A DNA stretch of 64,000 bases from an uncultured Candidatus Saccharibacteria bacterium (GCA_964584265.1 CAZOZI010000003.1:20619-84618); one strand, 5' to 3'; numbered from the stretch's first letter, positions 49,826-58,630 are shown. The notes: generated from the sequence alone by a model not told the origin. Made by a program: numbers and translations.

Positions 49826-51540
49826 TTGTTTGCGGCGGGTTGCGAGTCTGTTTCTAGCTCGTCCTCGTAATGAGTCTGTAAATAAGCCAGGTGTTTCTCG
49901 CGGAATTTTTTGAATTCACTCTTTTTGAGTCCGCTTTTGCGAATAAAAGCACCTATCTTTTCACTGCCAATATAGTGAGGGATTACCACGTAACTTGCTC
50001 CCAGCCCATATAGTTCAGCCGCTTCTTCAACCGTTTCGGCGTGCAAAATAAGCACTGCATGCTCGTTGATTTCGCCGATTAATTTAGTTAGGAACAGATT
50101 AGTTTCATGATCGCTGATAGTCGATACTATTAGCTTAACTTTATCCAGCCCAACTTCTTCCAGCAGCTCAATGTCAGCTACATCACCATAAACATAATTT
50201 ATCTGCTGGTGTTCGAGGATATCAATCACTTCTGGGTCATAGTCAACAACCACAAAAGGTCGTTTGAGGCTACGAAAGACCTTAACAAATTCGTGACCGC
50301 CTTTTTGATACCCAAATAGCATCATGTCAAAGTTATGTCGAGATTCATGCTCAAAATGGCGCCGCCGGCGTTCAAATAAACTCAAATCACGCTCAAATAG
50401 TTCAAATAATCGATCGGCGTACAAAATTAGATAGGCTGAGACGGCAATAGAAATAAGCGTTACAAATGTCAAAATGGCAACCAGATCATTTGATACCAAA
50501 CCCTGCTTATTTGCCAGCACGACAAAAACTAATGAAAATTCGCTGACTTGTGCCATCGCAATAGCTGTTTTAAAGCTAGTGCGTTTGGTATAGCCCATGA
50601 GGCCGATAATAATGAGTACGACTAGTGGCTTTAATACAATCACAATGAAACTGCCCACTAATATTGCTGGCAACAACAGTCCAATGTTTGTAAAGGTCAA
50701 ACGGGTGCCAAGCGCAATAAAGAAAACAACTATAAAAAAGTCCCTGAGTGGTCTAAGCCTGGCACTAATTTCTTGAGTATATGGCAGCGAAGCCAGAGCG
50801 ACACCGGCCAACAATGCGCCAATTTCCAAACTAAAACCAGTGAGTTCAAACAAGGCGGCAAAACCGAAACCCCAACCGAGCGCGAACAAAAACAACAGTT
50901 CCTGACTCGAAGCAATAAATTTATGTAGCTTGGGCAGGATTACGTTACCGATGAAGAGCAAAGGTATTGCTATGGCTGAACCTTTTACAATCAGCCACGC
51001 AAGCTGCACGATTGAAAAACCACCTTCTTTGGCTTGAGCTGTCACAAAAAGTAGCGCAATGGCCGCTAGAACGTCTTGAATAATTAGCATACCGGTGGCA
51101 ATTTTGCCGTACAATCTGGACTGTTCTTTTTTGTCAGCCAGCAATTTCAAAATAATAATGGTGCTCGAAAAGGCCAGAGCTACTCCAAGGAATAGTGACT
51201 CAGAGCTGCTAAAACCAAGCAGCAAACCACATGCCCAACCAAGCGCAGTACTTATAGCTACTTGCAACAAGCCAGCCGCTGCCGCTACCTTACCAACTTC
51301 TTTGATAACGCGCGGATTTAGCCCTAGCCCAATGATGAATAACAGTAGAGCAATGCCTATGCTGGAAAAAACTTCAATAGTATCAGGTGTATTAATCCAG
51401 TGCAGCATAGCTGGTCCCACTATCACCCCGGTCAGAATATGCCCAATAATCAGAGGCTGTTTAAGTAGGCGCATAACAATAGATATGCTTGCTGCCAGCG
51501 CGATAATTAGACTGAGTTCAGAAAATATTGAAGCGTGCAT
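49822..51540 (-). CDS. cation:proton antiporter (CPA2/Kef-type) with a C-terminal RCK/TrkA-N domain
   Basis: 572 aa. About 12 TM segments of the Na+/H+ exchanger fold, then a Rossmann-like MMLFGYQKGGHEFVKVF...VVVDYDPEV. Confidence 0.82.
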   Translation of the reverse strand: MHASIFSELSLIIALAASISIVMRLLKQPLIIGHILTGVIVGPAMLHWINTPDTIEVFSSIGIALLLFIIGLGLNPRVIKEVGKVAAAAGLLQVAISTALGWACGLLLGFSSSESLFLGVALAFSSTIIILKLLADKKEQSRLYGKIATGMLIIQDVLAAIALLFVTAQAKEGGFSIVQLAWLIVKGSAIAIPLLFIGNVILPKLHKFIASSQELLFLFALGWGFGFAALFELTGFSLEIGALLAGVALASLPYTQEISARLRPLRDFFIVVFFIALGTRLTFTNIGLLLPAILVGSFIVIVLKPLVVLIIIGLMGYTKRTSFKTAIAMAQVSEFSLVFVVLANKQGLVSNDLVAILTFVTLISIAVSAYLILYADRLFELFERDLSLFERRRRHFEHESRHNFDMMLFGYQKGGHEFVKVFRSLKRPFVVVDYDPEVIDILEHQQINYVYGDVADIELLEEVGLDKVKLIVSTISDHETNLFLTKLIGEINEHAVLILHAETVEEAAELYGLGASYVVIPHYIGSEKIGAFIRKSGLKKSEFKKFREKHLAYLQTHYEDELETDSQPAANN

Positions 51541-51591
51541 GTTTGTGTTTTAGGCAATTCCTAAGTATATTTTAACTAAAGAATAACGTTT

Positions 51592-52128
51592 ATGCTAGAA
51601 AACCTACCACCTATTCTGAATCCGCACTCTTCGCACGAGGAGAATATAGATAATCGTCGGCGTGCGATTACTAGCTATAAAGCAAAGGCGGACGCCAAAC
51701 GCACTGCTACAGAAAAATTTGCTGACTGGATGACAATAAAGTTCGGCACTATTCTTTTCTTGGGAGTTAATGCTATATGGTTTTTTGCATGGATTGTCAT
51801 TAATAAGGGGTGGATACCGGGCATTAAACCATTTGATCCATTTCCATTTGGTTTACTGACTATGATTGTTTCACTGGAAGCTATTTTTTTGGCGATCATT
51901 GTTCTGATTTCCCAAAATCGTGAAGCTCGGATTGGCGAGGTAAGAGAAGAGATTGAGCTACAGATTAGTACAATAGCTGAGGGAGAGGTAACCAAAATCA
52001 TTAAGTTGTTGAGTATTATGCTTGAAAAGCAAGGCGTCGATATTGAAAAAGATCCCGAACTGCAAAAAATGTTAAAACCAATCAACAGTGTCGAAATTGA
52101 ACACAAATTGGAAAAAGAACTTAACTGA
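51592..52128 (+). CDS. DUF1003 family membrane protein
   Basis: FADWMTIKFGTILFLGVNAIWFFAWIVIN...FDPFPFGLLTMIVSLEAIFLAIIVLISQNR is the characteristic DUF1003 pattern. Confidence 0.75.
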   Translation: MLENLPPILNPHSSHEENIDNRRRAITSYKAKADAKRTATEKFADWMTIKFGTILFLGVNAIWFFAWIVINKGWIPGIKPFDPFPFGLLTMIVSLEAIFLAIIVLISQNREARIGEVREEIELQISTIAEGEVTKIIKLLSIMLEKQGVDIEKDPELQKMLKPINSVEIEHKLEKELN

Positions 52129-52358
52129 TTTTAACTGTTGACAACCAAAAGCGTTTTGCGCTACCATAAATGCACTTCAGTTAGTCGTCGGTGATGCGAG
52201 CATCGCGGCGAGGAAGATAAAAATTTAATCCAGAACCTTTTCCTGAACGGAGCAGTCTGTAATCAGATTGCGAAGTGTCAAGTAAAAGGGGCTTGGACCA
52301 CAAATAAAAAAAGTAAGGCAAGTTGAGGGATTTGCTTTGCCAAAGGGAGGGTGGGCGC

Positions 52359-52457
52359 ATGGCTACGCTCGTAAAAATAAAAATCTATCAAAATAGGGGA
52401 AGTATCGTGGAAGTAAAAATTCGACGACCAAAATGGGCAGAATATATCAGGTATTAG
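52359..52457 (+). CDS. possible 32-aa small protein (MATLVKIKIYQNRGSIVEVKIRRPKWAEYIRY)
   Basis: ATG is preceded by GGGAGGG (52345-51) at 7-nt spacing. The stop is immediately followed by the GC-rich hairpin. No homology known to me. Confidence 0.2.
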   Translation: MATLVKIKIYQNRGSIVEVKIRRPKWAEYIRY

Positions 52458-52534
52458 CCGCGCTCCGCTGGCTTATGAGAGGGGCACATCCCCTCTCATC
52501 GCGCGGCGCACAGTAGTAGATACTGATGCTCCGG

Positions 52535-52563
52535 CTCTCTCCCCTGAGAGAGTTTTTTGTTTG
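52535..52563 (+). terminator. intrinsic terminator
   Basis: CTCTCTC (52535-41), loop CCCT, GAGAGAG (52546-52), then TTTTTTGTTT. Confidence 0.7.
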
Positions 52564-52594
52564 CAACAAAAACCGTTTATTCTTTTTCCAAAAA

Positions 52595-52780
52595 CTATTT
52601 ATGCTTTTTTGAGGGCTTGTGGTAAGAAACTAATGAACCAATCAAGATTAAACCACCGAAAAACGAAAAAAGTATAGAAAGGTTCCATAAAGCTGCTTGC
52701 TCAGTTGAACCACTTAACGCAAAACCAAAAGCCGCTAGGATTACTAGTACCAGACCAATTATCCAAAGATATTGTTTCAT
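52595..52780 (-). CDS. small two-TM membrane protein
   Basis: 61 aa with two hydrophobic helices (IIGLVLVILAAFGFAL and ILFSFFGGLILIGSLV). Lies downstream of the dsbA-like gene on the same strand. Confidence 0.5.
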   Translation of the reverse strand: MKQYLWIIGLVLVILAAFGFALSGSTEQAALWNLSILFSFFGGLILIGSLVSYHKPSKKHK

Positions 52781-52809
52781 AATTTTATTTTAGCACTACA
52801 GTGAAATTT

Positions 52810-53454
52810 TTATTGACCAGTTTTTGCTTTTATAGCGTTGTCGAGGAGTTTTGCAAAGCTAGCGTAGTCTTGAGGATTCTGGTCAATCTTTTTGCCATCG
52901 AGCACAAAAGTCGGTGTGGAATTAGCGCCAATTGCTTGCCCAGCCTTAATGTCAGCGTTAATGATGTCATTAACCTCACTACTGGCTGAATCTTTGCGGA
53001 ACTGGTCAAGGTTAAGATTCAGCTGGGTTGCGTAATCTTCAAAGAAAATGTTTGGATTGGGCGCAGTGGTCCAGCTTTGCTGGCTTTCGTAGAGTTTATC
53101 GTGCATCTCAAAGAATTTACCCTGTTTGGCGGCAGCCTCGGCAGCTCGGTGCGCGGCAAAGGCATTTTGGTGAATTTGGCTGAGTGGAAAATTACGGAAC
53201 TGAAAGGTTATTTTATCGCTATAGTTAGTCTCCAGCTGTTTAATAACGGGGTAATAGGCACCGCAAGCTGGGCATTGAAAATCGCCGTATTCAAGCAACA
53301 CAACACCGCTGTTGCCTGTATAACGTATGTGATTAGTCGGCTGCGCGCTGCCGGCTGCCGGCGCACTCGCCTTGTTTCGTGTTACCCAAAAAACACCACC
53401 TAAGAGCACAACAATTCCGACAAGTATTAGCAAAAATCTCTTGCTCATAGACAC
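52810..53454 (-). CDS. DsbA-family thiol:disulfide oxidoreductase (membrane-anchored)
   Basis: N-terminal TM, then a thioredoxin fold with the CPAC active site (YGDFQCPACGAYYP). 214 aa. Confidence 0.82.
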   Translation of the reverse strand: MSMSKRFLLILVGIVVLLGGVFWVTRNKASAPAAGSAQPTNHIRYTGNSGVVLLEYGDFQCPACGAYYPVIKQLETNYSDKITFQFRNFPLSQIHQNAFAAHRAAEAAAKQGKFFEMHDKLYESQQSWTTAPNPNIFFEDYATQLNLNLDQFRKDSASSEVNDIINADIKAGQAIGANSTPTFVLDGKKIDQNPQDYASFAKLLDNAIKAKTGQ

Positions 53455-53506
53455 ATACTATATCATTTTCATAAGGTTTAGCGGAGCTTGCTGATATTAT
53501 GGAAGC

Positions 53507-54559
53507 ATGATGCTCGTGTTTAGCTTGCTACTGGTGTGTGCTACTCTGCTGACTATTTCACTGGAAAAAGCCTATTACCGCGTAAGTACCAAAGAGCTCA
53601 AGCGCCGCGCCCGCGAGGGAGACATTTTTGCAGCAGGATTATACAAAGCCGCTGGTTATGGAACCAGTTTACGCTTATTACTGTGGACGTTGATTGGCAT
53701 TAGCGCAGCGGGCTTTTTTGTGGTTATTAGTAATTCCGTGTCGTCTTGGGCGGCGTTCTTAATGTCCAGTTTTCTTGTCTGGTTTGGCTTTGCCTGGTTG
53801 CCAAACAGCCACGCCCAAGCATTAAGCTCTCGTCTAGCCAAATGGCTTGCGCCGTTTCTCGGTTGGGTACTAAATCGGTTGCATCCGTTGCTTGATTGGC
53901 TGGCCAGACTTATAAAACGTTTTCGCCCACTGCACTTTCATAGCGGGCTATATAGAAAAGAAGATCTACTTGAACTGCTTAATCAACAAGCCAGCCAAGC
54001 CGATAATCGCATGACCAAACAGGAATTGGACATTGCCTCGCATGCTCTGCAGTTTGGCAATAAAGTTGTACGCGACATTATGGTGCCGCGGCGGGCGGTC
54101 AAAGTTGTTAACGTCAAAGACACCGTTGGGCCGATTCTTATAAATGAACTGCACGAAAGTGGCCATTCGCGCTTTCCGGTTTACGAGGGCAAAAAAGATA
54201 ACATTGTTGGCACACTATATTTGCATGATCTAGTTGGGCTGAAGGCTGAAGGCGCTGTTAAAGAAGTTATGCAAAAAAAGGCTTATTACGTGCATGAAGA
54301 ACAATCTCTTTATGATGTTTTGCAGGCTAGCCTTAGAACTCACCACCAACTATTTGTGGTTGTGAATGGTTTTGAGGAATTTGTGGGTGTTATTGGCATG
54401 GAGGATGTTGTAGAGCAAATAATTGGTGAACCGATTCTGGATGAGTTTGATCGCTACGAAGATCTTCGAGCGGTGGCGCAGCGCAGCGCTAAAGCTGAAC
54501 ATAAAGAACATGATGAACCAGAAAAAGCTACCTCTGAAACACCTGAGGTGCTAGAATAA
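53507..54559 (+). CDS. CNNM/DUF21 + CBS-pair transporter-like protein (HlyC/CorC family, no CorC_HlyC tail)
   Basis: Four N-terminal TM segments, then a CBS pair (VRDIMVPRRAV...RFPVYEGKKDNIVG...VVNGFEEFVGVIGMEDVVEQI). Confidence 0.8.
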   Translation: MMLVFSLLLVCATLLTISLEKAYYRVSTKELKRRAREGDIFAAGLYKAAGYGTSLRLLLWTLIGISAAGFFVVISNSVSSWAAFLMSSFLVWFGFAWLPNSHAQALSSRLAKWLAPFLGWVLNRLHPLLDWLARLIKRFRPLHFHSGLYRKEDLLELLNQQASQADNRMTKQELDIASHALQFGNKVVRDIMVPRRAVKVVNVKDTVGPILINELHESGHSRFPVYEGKKDNIVGTLYLHDLVGLKAEGAVKEVMQKKAYYVHEEQSLYDVLQASLRTHHQLFVVVNGFEEFVGVIGMEDVVEQIIGEPILDEFDRYEDLRAVAQRSAKAEHKEHDEPEKATSETPEVLE

Positions 54560-54564
54560 GCCGC

Positions 54565-55890
54565 ATGAGTCGAACTCTTGCGCGGGACATTAAAGACCAC
54601 ATTGGCAAAAAAATCCTCATTCAAGGCTGGCTGCATAAAAAGCGGCTGCTTGGCGGCTTAACTTTTATTAATGTGCGCGACCGCAGTGGTTTGGTGCAAG
54701 TTGTGGTTGAAGATCGTAGCGAAGTTGAAAAACTGCGCGGTATGCAGATTGGCACAATTCTAGCCATTGAAGGTAGCGTTGAGGAAGAACCACGCGCGCC
54801 GGGTGGTGCCGAAATCCACGAACCAAAAATAGAAGTGCAAATTAGAGTAACAGAAGAATCGCCAATTGAGATTGACAAGCCACTAAGCCATAAAAGCGAG
54901 CACTTAGACACGCTTTTAGATAACCGGCCAATAGCACTACGCAATCTTGGTGAGCAGGCTATTTTTAAAGTTCAAGCTAAAGTACTGGAGGCTTTCCGGG
55001 AGTTTTTTGCCCAGAACGACTTTACTGAAATGAATAGCCCGAAACTTTTGGCTGAGGCAACTGAAGGCGGCGCCGAGGTTTTCAAACTGGACTATTTTGG
55101 CAAAACCGCCACGCTGGCACAATCCGCACAGTTTTATAAACAAATGATGGTTGGCGTTTTTGAGCGGGTGTTTGAAACCAACCCGACTTATCGGGCCGAG
55201 CCTAGCGCCACCACACGGCATATGACCGAGTACATCACGATTGATGCCGAAATAGGGTTTATAGAATTTGAAGAGCTGCTCAACACTGCCGGCGAGTGTT
55301 TGCTCTACATTCTTCACAAAGTTCAAAAAGACTGCAAAGCTGAGTTAAAACTGTGGGATGATCCAGAGTTCAAAGTTCCCGCAAAAACTGAGGGTATCCC
55401 TCGCATTACTATCCATGAAATACACGAGAAGTTCTATCAAGCTAACAAAGAAGACCACCGTGAAGAAGATGACTTAGCACCAGCTGAAGAACGCTGGATT
55501 TGTGAGTGGACCAAAAAAGAAAAGGGCAGCGAAGCCGTTTTCGTTACTGGCTGGCCTAGTGGCAGTAAGACCTTTAAGTTTTATCACCGTAAAAACGAAG
55601 AGCATCCTGAAATTGCCGACCGTGCAGATCTACTCTTCCGCGGAGTTGAGATTGCTACGCTCAGCATGCGTGAGCATCGCTATGATCGTTTGGTTGGTCA
55701 GCTCAAAGGCATGGGTGGCGATCCCAAAAATCCAGGCTTTGCACCACTGTTAAGCATTTATAAATATGGCATGCCACCACATGGCGGCTGGGGTTGGGGT
55801 CTTGAGCGCACAGTGGAGAAAATCCTGAACCTAAATAGCGTAAAAGAAGCCACACTCTTCCCACGCGACATTAACCGTCTAACACCGTAA
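54565..55890 (+). CDS. aspS: aspartyl-tRNA synthetase, archaeal/type-2 form
   Basis: 441 aa. N-terminal OB fold (ILIQGWLHKKRLLGGLTFINVRDRSG), class II motifs (YRAEPSATTRHMTEY; GGWGWGLERTVE) and a C-terminal FPRDINRLTP typical of the short AspRS type. Confidence 0.85.
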   Translation: MSRTLARDIKDHIGKKILIQGWLHKKRLLGGLTFINVRDRSGLVQVVVEDRSEVEKLRGMQIGTILAIEGSVEEEPRAPGGAEIHEPKIEVQIRVTEESPIEIDKPLSHKSEHLDTLLDNRPIALRNLGEQAIFKVQAKVLEAFREFFAQNDFTEMNSPKLLAEATEGGAEVFKLDYFGKTATLAQSAQFYKQMMVGVFERVFETNPTYRAEPSATTRHMTEYITIDAEIGFIEFEELLNTAGECLLYILHKVQKDCKAELKLWDDPEFKVPAKTEGIPRITIHEIHEKFYQANKEDHREEDDLAPAEERWICEWTKKEKGSEAVFVTGWPSGSKTFKFYHRKNEEHPEIADRADLLFRGVEIATLSMREHRYDRLVGQLKGMGGDPKNPGFAPLLSIYKYGMPPHGGWGWGLERTVEKILNLNSVKEATLFPRDINRLTP

Positions 55891-55893
55891 CTC

Positions 55894-55985
55894 TGCTACA
55901 ATATCTTCGATGCGGTGACCGAGAATAGGTGGTAGCCCGCAAGGCTACATACGGTAGTGTCATGACTGCCCCGCATCTCCATATT
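55894..55985 (+). promoter_or_regulatory. conserved promoter + three-way-junction RNA leader, copy A (candidate novel riboswitch)
   Basis: TGCTACAAT (55894-902). P1 is 55909-15/55971-77, P2 is 55932-48 and P3 is 55953-70. 61/61 nt are identical to 60162-60222. Confidence 0.6.
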
Positions 55986-56951
55986 ATGACAGCACAAGAA
56001 TACGTACTATCTACACTAAAAAAGCTGGCTGAACCAATCAGTATGGAGGATATTGGTAACACACCAATTGAAGATGCAATTTTTGCTAAGGTTATGTCAA
56101 AAAAGTTCCGAAAAGTCAAAGCTGACGGAACTGTCATAGCTGTCACTAAAAAAGCCATAGCCCATTCAGTAAAAAACAATAAGCCCATAATTGTTAATGT
56201 AATCTTTGGCGGTAACAAACTTTGGCACTTTGATGAATCACCAGAAATCGATTGGGCAGAGCTATTTGTAACTACTTACTTGCTGCGCTGGATGAAGTCT
56301 ATTGCAAGCGTCTATAAACCTGGAGCATACCTAGAATATTTCTCAGAGGACGTTGTATTGGAAAATATGAACAATCTTCCTCGTGCAGAAACAGACCAAT
56401 ACAGCGAAACCTTTAAAACAATGCTTAATTGGCTCCAAGCTTATATACCTTCTGGCGTTTCCGTTGGTTATAAACGATATGGGGATGAGTACAACGATGT
56501 TTCAGAATATCTAGCAGAACTTGAAGTTGCGAAAGCTAAAGTTTTGAAAGAATTGGGAGGCAAACTACCTACACTTAATGAACATCAAAAGGAAGCGACT
56601 GAATTAAATGTCAGATTAAAACCTGGCCAGACGGATGATCCCTTATGGCGCGAAAAAGCTGAATTAATCCATCAAAGCATTGAACGAACAGAGACAATGG
56701 AACGTTACATTAACGATACAACAATGATTCCATCCTGTCCGACCTATTTTCCGGGCTGTATAGCTACGGGTAGTACAAAAAAATCATACGCAAAATTCTG
56801 GGTTGCTGTTGGTGCGCTTGAACATGCGGGCGATAGTTATAATGAACTTGTGCTAACGCCCAAACAACTTGAATCAGCAAAGTTCAATTGGGAAGACGTC
56901 AACATTAAAGGCTTAAAAGGCAAGAACTTCAAACGTGTGCGGATTCTATAA
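55929..56951 (+). CDS. uncharacterised conserved protein, paralog A
   Basis: Maximal ORF from GTG 55929. In-frame ATGs at 55962 and 55986 (MTAQEY...) are equally or more plausible starts, because 55929-55985 overlaps the conserved RNA structure. Homologous over its full length to 60197..61234. Confidence 0.7.
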   Translation: MVARKATYGSVMTAPHLHIMTAQEYVLSTLKKLAEPISMEDIGNTPIEDAIFAKVMSKKFRKVKADGTVIAVTKKAIAHSVKNNKPIIVNVIFGGNKLWHFDESPEIDWAELFVTTYLLRWMKSIASVYKPGAYLEYFSEDVVLENMNNLPRAETDQYSETFKTMLNWLQAYIPSGVSVGYKRYGDEYNDVSEYLAELEVAKAKVLKELGGKLPTLNEHQKEATELNVRLKPGQTDDPLWREKAELIHQSIERTETMERYINDTTMIPSCPTYFPGCIATGSTKKSYAKFWVAVGALEHAGDSYNELVLTPKQLESAKFNWEDVNIKGLKGKNFKRVRIL

Positions 56952-56960
56952 GGCGAAACC

Positions 56961-57953
56961 ATGAAAGTTAAAATTGCTGACATTAAGACAAGAATGAGTC
57001 AAGTACTAGCAGACAAGGGCTACACTAAGGATGACATTGAATTTCTGATTGAAATGTATCTGGGTGGTGAACTGCGCGGGCACACTAGTCACGGACTGGC
57101 CGCTTTCCCAGGTTTTATAAAACAGGACTTTTCTAATTTACCTAAACCAAAAGTAATAAAATCAACAAATTCATTATTTATGACTGATGCCAAATCTAAT
57201 CCCGGTGCCGTCGTAGGTAAGCAAGCAGCCGATGAAGCAATCAAGCGAGCAAAAAAAGAAATTGTGGGGACAGCTATTATTAAAAACATGGACGGATGGC
57301 TAAGGCCAGGTGCTATTGCAGAATACATTGCCGACAAAGGCTTTTTGGCATTAGTTACAAATGACGGCGGCGGAACTTCGATTGCGCCACCTGGTGGTTT
57401 TGATCCAACTGTTGGAACAAATCCGATTGCGTATGCTTTCCCAACTGATGATATTAGTTTAGTGGTAGACATGGCGACATCTAAGCGGGCTTGGGGCCAG
57501 GTACGTTTGGCCAAAAAATTTAATCGTAACCTTCCGGCTGATACTTTCTATAACGACAAAGGTGAAGTTACGCACGAACCTGATGCCGCTTACTCAGTTA
57601 AATCATTCGGTGACTATAAAGGTTTTGCCTTAGCGCTGTTCGTTGAAATCCTTTGTGGCTCATTGATCGGCAAGGAAATGATGCGTCGTAGTAATGTAGG
57701 GAGTAGCTTTCAGGCTAAGTACTTCCCTAGAGGCGCTTTTATTATGGTTATTGATCCAGCTCAAACCTATAACTTGGCGAAATTTAAACAAGAAACAACC
57801 GAAGGTATTAACAAAATTAAGTCAACTCAGAGTCTAAAAGGTCAACAGATCAGAATCCCAGGCGAAGAAGCGGGCAAACTTCGCGCACAGAGGCTAAGAG
57901 CCGGTTTTGTTGAAGTGCCCCACGAAGTCTGGGAAGAAATCAGAGGTTTATAG
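56961..57953 (+). CDS. Ldh_2 family (malate/L-lactate/sulfolactate-type) NAD(P)-dependent oxidoreductase
   Basis: FLIEMYLGGELRGHTSHGLAAFPGFI... and GTNPIAYAFP fit the type-2 Ldh family. 330 aa. Substrate unknown. Confidence 0.75.
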   Translation: MKVKIADIKTRMSQVLADKGYTKDDIEFLIEMYLGGELRGHTSHGLAAFPGFIKQDFSNLPKPKVIKSTNSLFMTDAKSNPGAVVGKQAADEAIKRAKKEIVGTAIIKNMDGWLRPGAIAEYIADKGFLALVTNDGGGTSIAPPGGFDPTVGTNPIAYAFPTDDISLVVDMATSKRAWGQVRLAKKFNRNLPADTFYNDKGEVTHEPDAAYSVKSFGDYKGFALALFVEILCGSLIGKEMMRRSNVGSSFQAKYFPRGAFIMVIDPAQTYNLAKFKQETTEGINKIKSTQSLKGQQIRIPGEEAGKLRAQRLRAGFVEVPHEVWEEIRGL

Positions 57954-58039
57954 GCATGCAATTTGCAGTAATAGGAGTTTATGGAACGACGCAGAAAAAC
58001 CTTCGGAGGGCAAACCACAAAACGTGGTGAATTAGTATT

Positions 58040-58621
58040 ATGAAAAACGCCATTCTTGTGCCTGGAAGGCCGGATCGAGATGAGCACTATGATCCTAATG
58101 AGCCGTCAAACAGTAATAATCATTGGTTTCCTTGGCTTAGCAGACAACTTATATTGAAAGATATTCACACTGTAGCTGTTGAATTGCCGATGCCATTTAG
58201 TTCCCGTTATGATATCTGGAAAAAGGAATTTGAAAGATTTGATATAAATTCCGACACCATATTAGTAGGCCATAGTTGTGGCGGCGGTTTCTTGCTGCGT
58301 TGGCTTAGCGAGCATAAGAATGTAAATGTAGACAAAGTTATTCTTGTTGCTCCATGGATTAATCCTGATAATGATCCCTCGTCTGATACCGCAGATTTTT
58401 TTGACTTTAAGCTTGATGCAGATCTTGCCTCGAGGACAGCTGGTTTAGTAGTCTTCTCCTCAACAAATGATAGTGAACCAGTCAAAAAAACCGTAGAAAT
58501 TATTAAAGGGCAAGTCAGTAACGCAAAAATTATTGAATTCAAAAACAAAGGCCATTTTTGCAAGGAAGATTTAGGTACTGTAGAGTTCCCAGAATTGCTT
58601 GAAGAAGCTATAAAACGATAA
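58040..58621 (+). CDS. serine hydrolase, RBBP9/YdeN (alpha/beta hydrolase) family
   Basis: ILVPGRP...HWFPWLSRQL...ILVGHSCGGGFLLRWL...VILVAPW...NKGHF. 193 aa. Confidence 0.72.
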   Translation: MKNAILVPGRPDRDEHYDPNEPSNSNNHWFPWLSRQLILKDIHTVAVELPMPFSSRYDIWKKEFERFDINSDTILVGHSCGGGFLLRWLSEHKNVNVDKVILVAPWINPDNDPSSDTADFFDFKLDADLASRTAGLVVFSSTNDSEPVKKTVEIIKGQVSNAKIIEFKNKGHFCKEDLGTVEFPELLEEAIKR

Positions 58622-58630
58622 AGATTATTT

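Larger units (their letters stand above)
52174..52563 (+). ncRNA. orphan ~390-nt transcription unit (candidate structured ncRNA or small-protein mRNA)
   Basis: Promoter TTGACA (52138-43), 18-nt spacer, TACCAT (52162-67). No ORF of 60 aa or more. Contains a strong composite hairpin (52457-52507) and ends at an intrinsic terminator (52535-63). The next genes are on the opposite strand. Confidence 0.35.

Noticed and set aside
52174-52563. Possible tmRNA, RNase P RNA, SRP RNA or 6S RNA, given the ~390-nt size and promoter/terminator bracketing.
   Set aside because: There is no GGGG...CCACCA tRNA-like ends or T-loop (tmRNA). There is no GAGGAAAGUCC/ACAGAA P4 strands (RNase P). There is no GGAA-capped helix 8 with an AGCA loop (SRP). 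I kept it only as an unclassified candidate.
55910-55918. A leaderless-looking mini-ORF AUG-CGG-UGA at the very 5' end of both conserved leaders.
   Set aside because: It is only two codons, out of frame with the main ORF, and fully inside helix P1. There is no basis for calling it functional. I note it only as a by-product of the P1 sequence.
55921-55948. GAAUAGGUGGUAGCCCGC in both conserved leaders resembles the T-box consensus (AGGGUGGUACCGCG), and the element lies next to an aaRS gene.
   Set aside because: The whole leader is only about 70 nt from its predicted TSS. It has no Stem I, specifier loop or AG/GA-motif, and the UGGU is absorbed into the P2 hairpin. The aaRS is upstream of the element, not downstream. 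I treat the similarity as coincidental.
57954-58039. Small hairpins (CCU-UCGG-AGG; ACCAC-AAAAC-GUGGU) in the 86-nt gap inside the putative paralog-A operon.
   Set aside because: The stems are weak, there is no U-run and no recognisable motif. I could not decide between an internal promoter region and a processing site.
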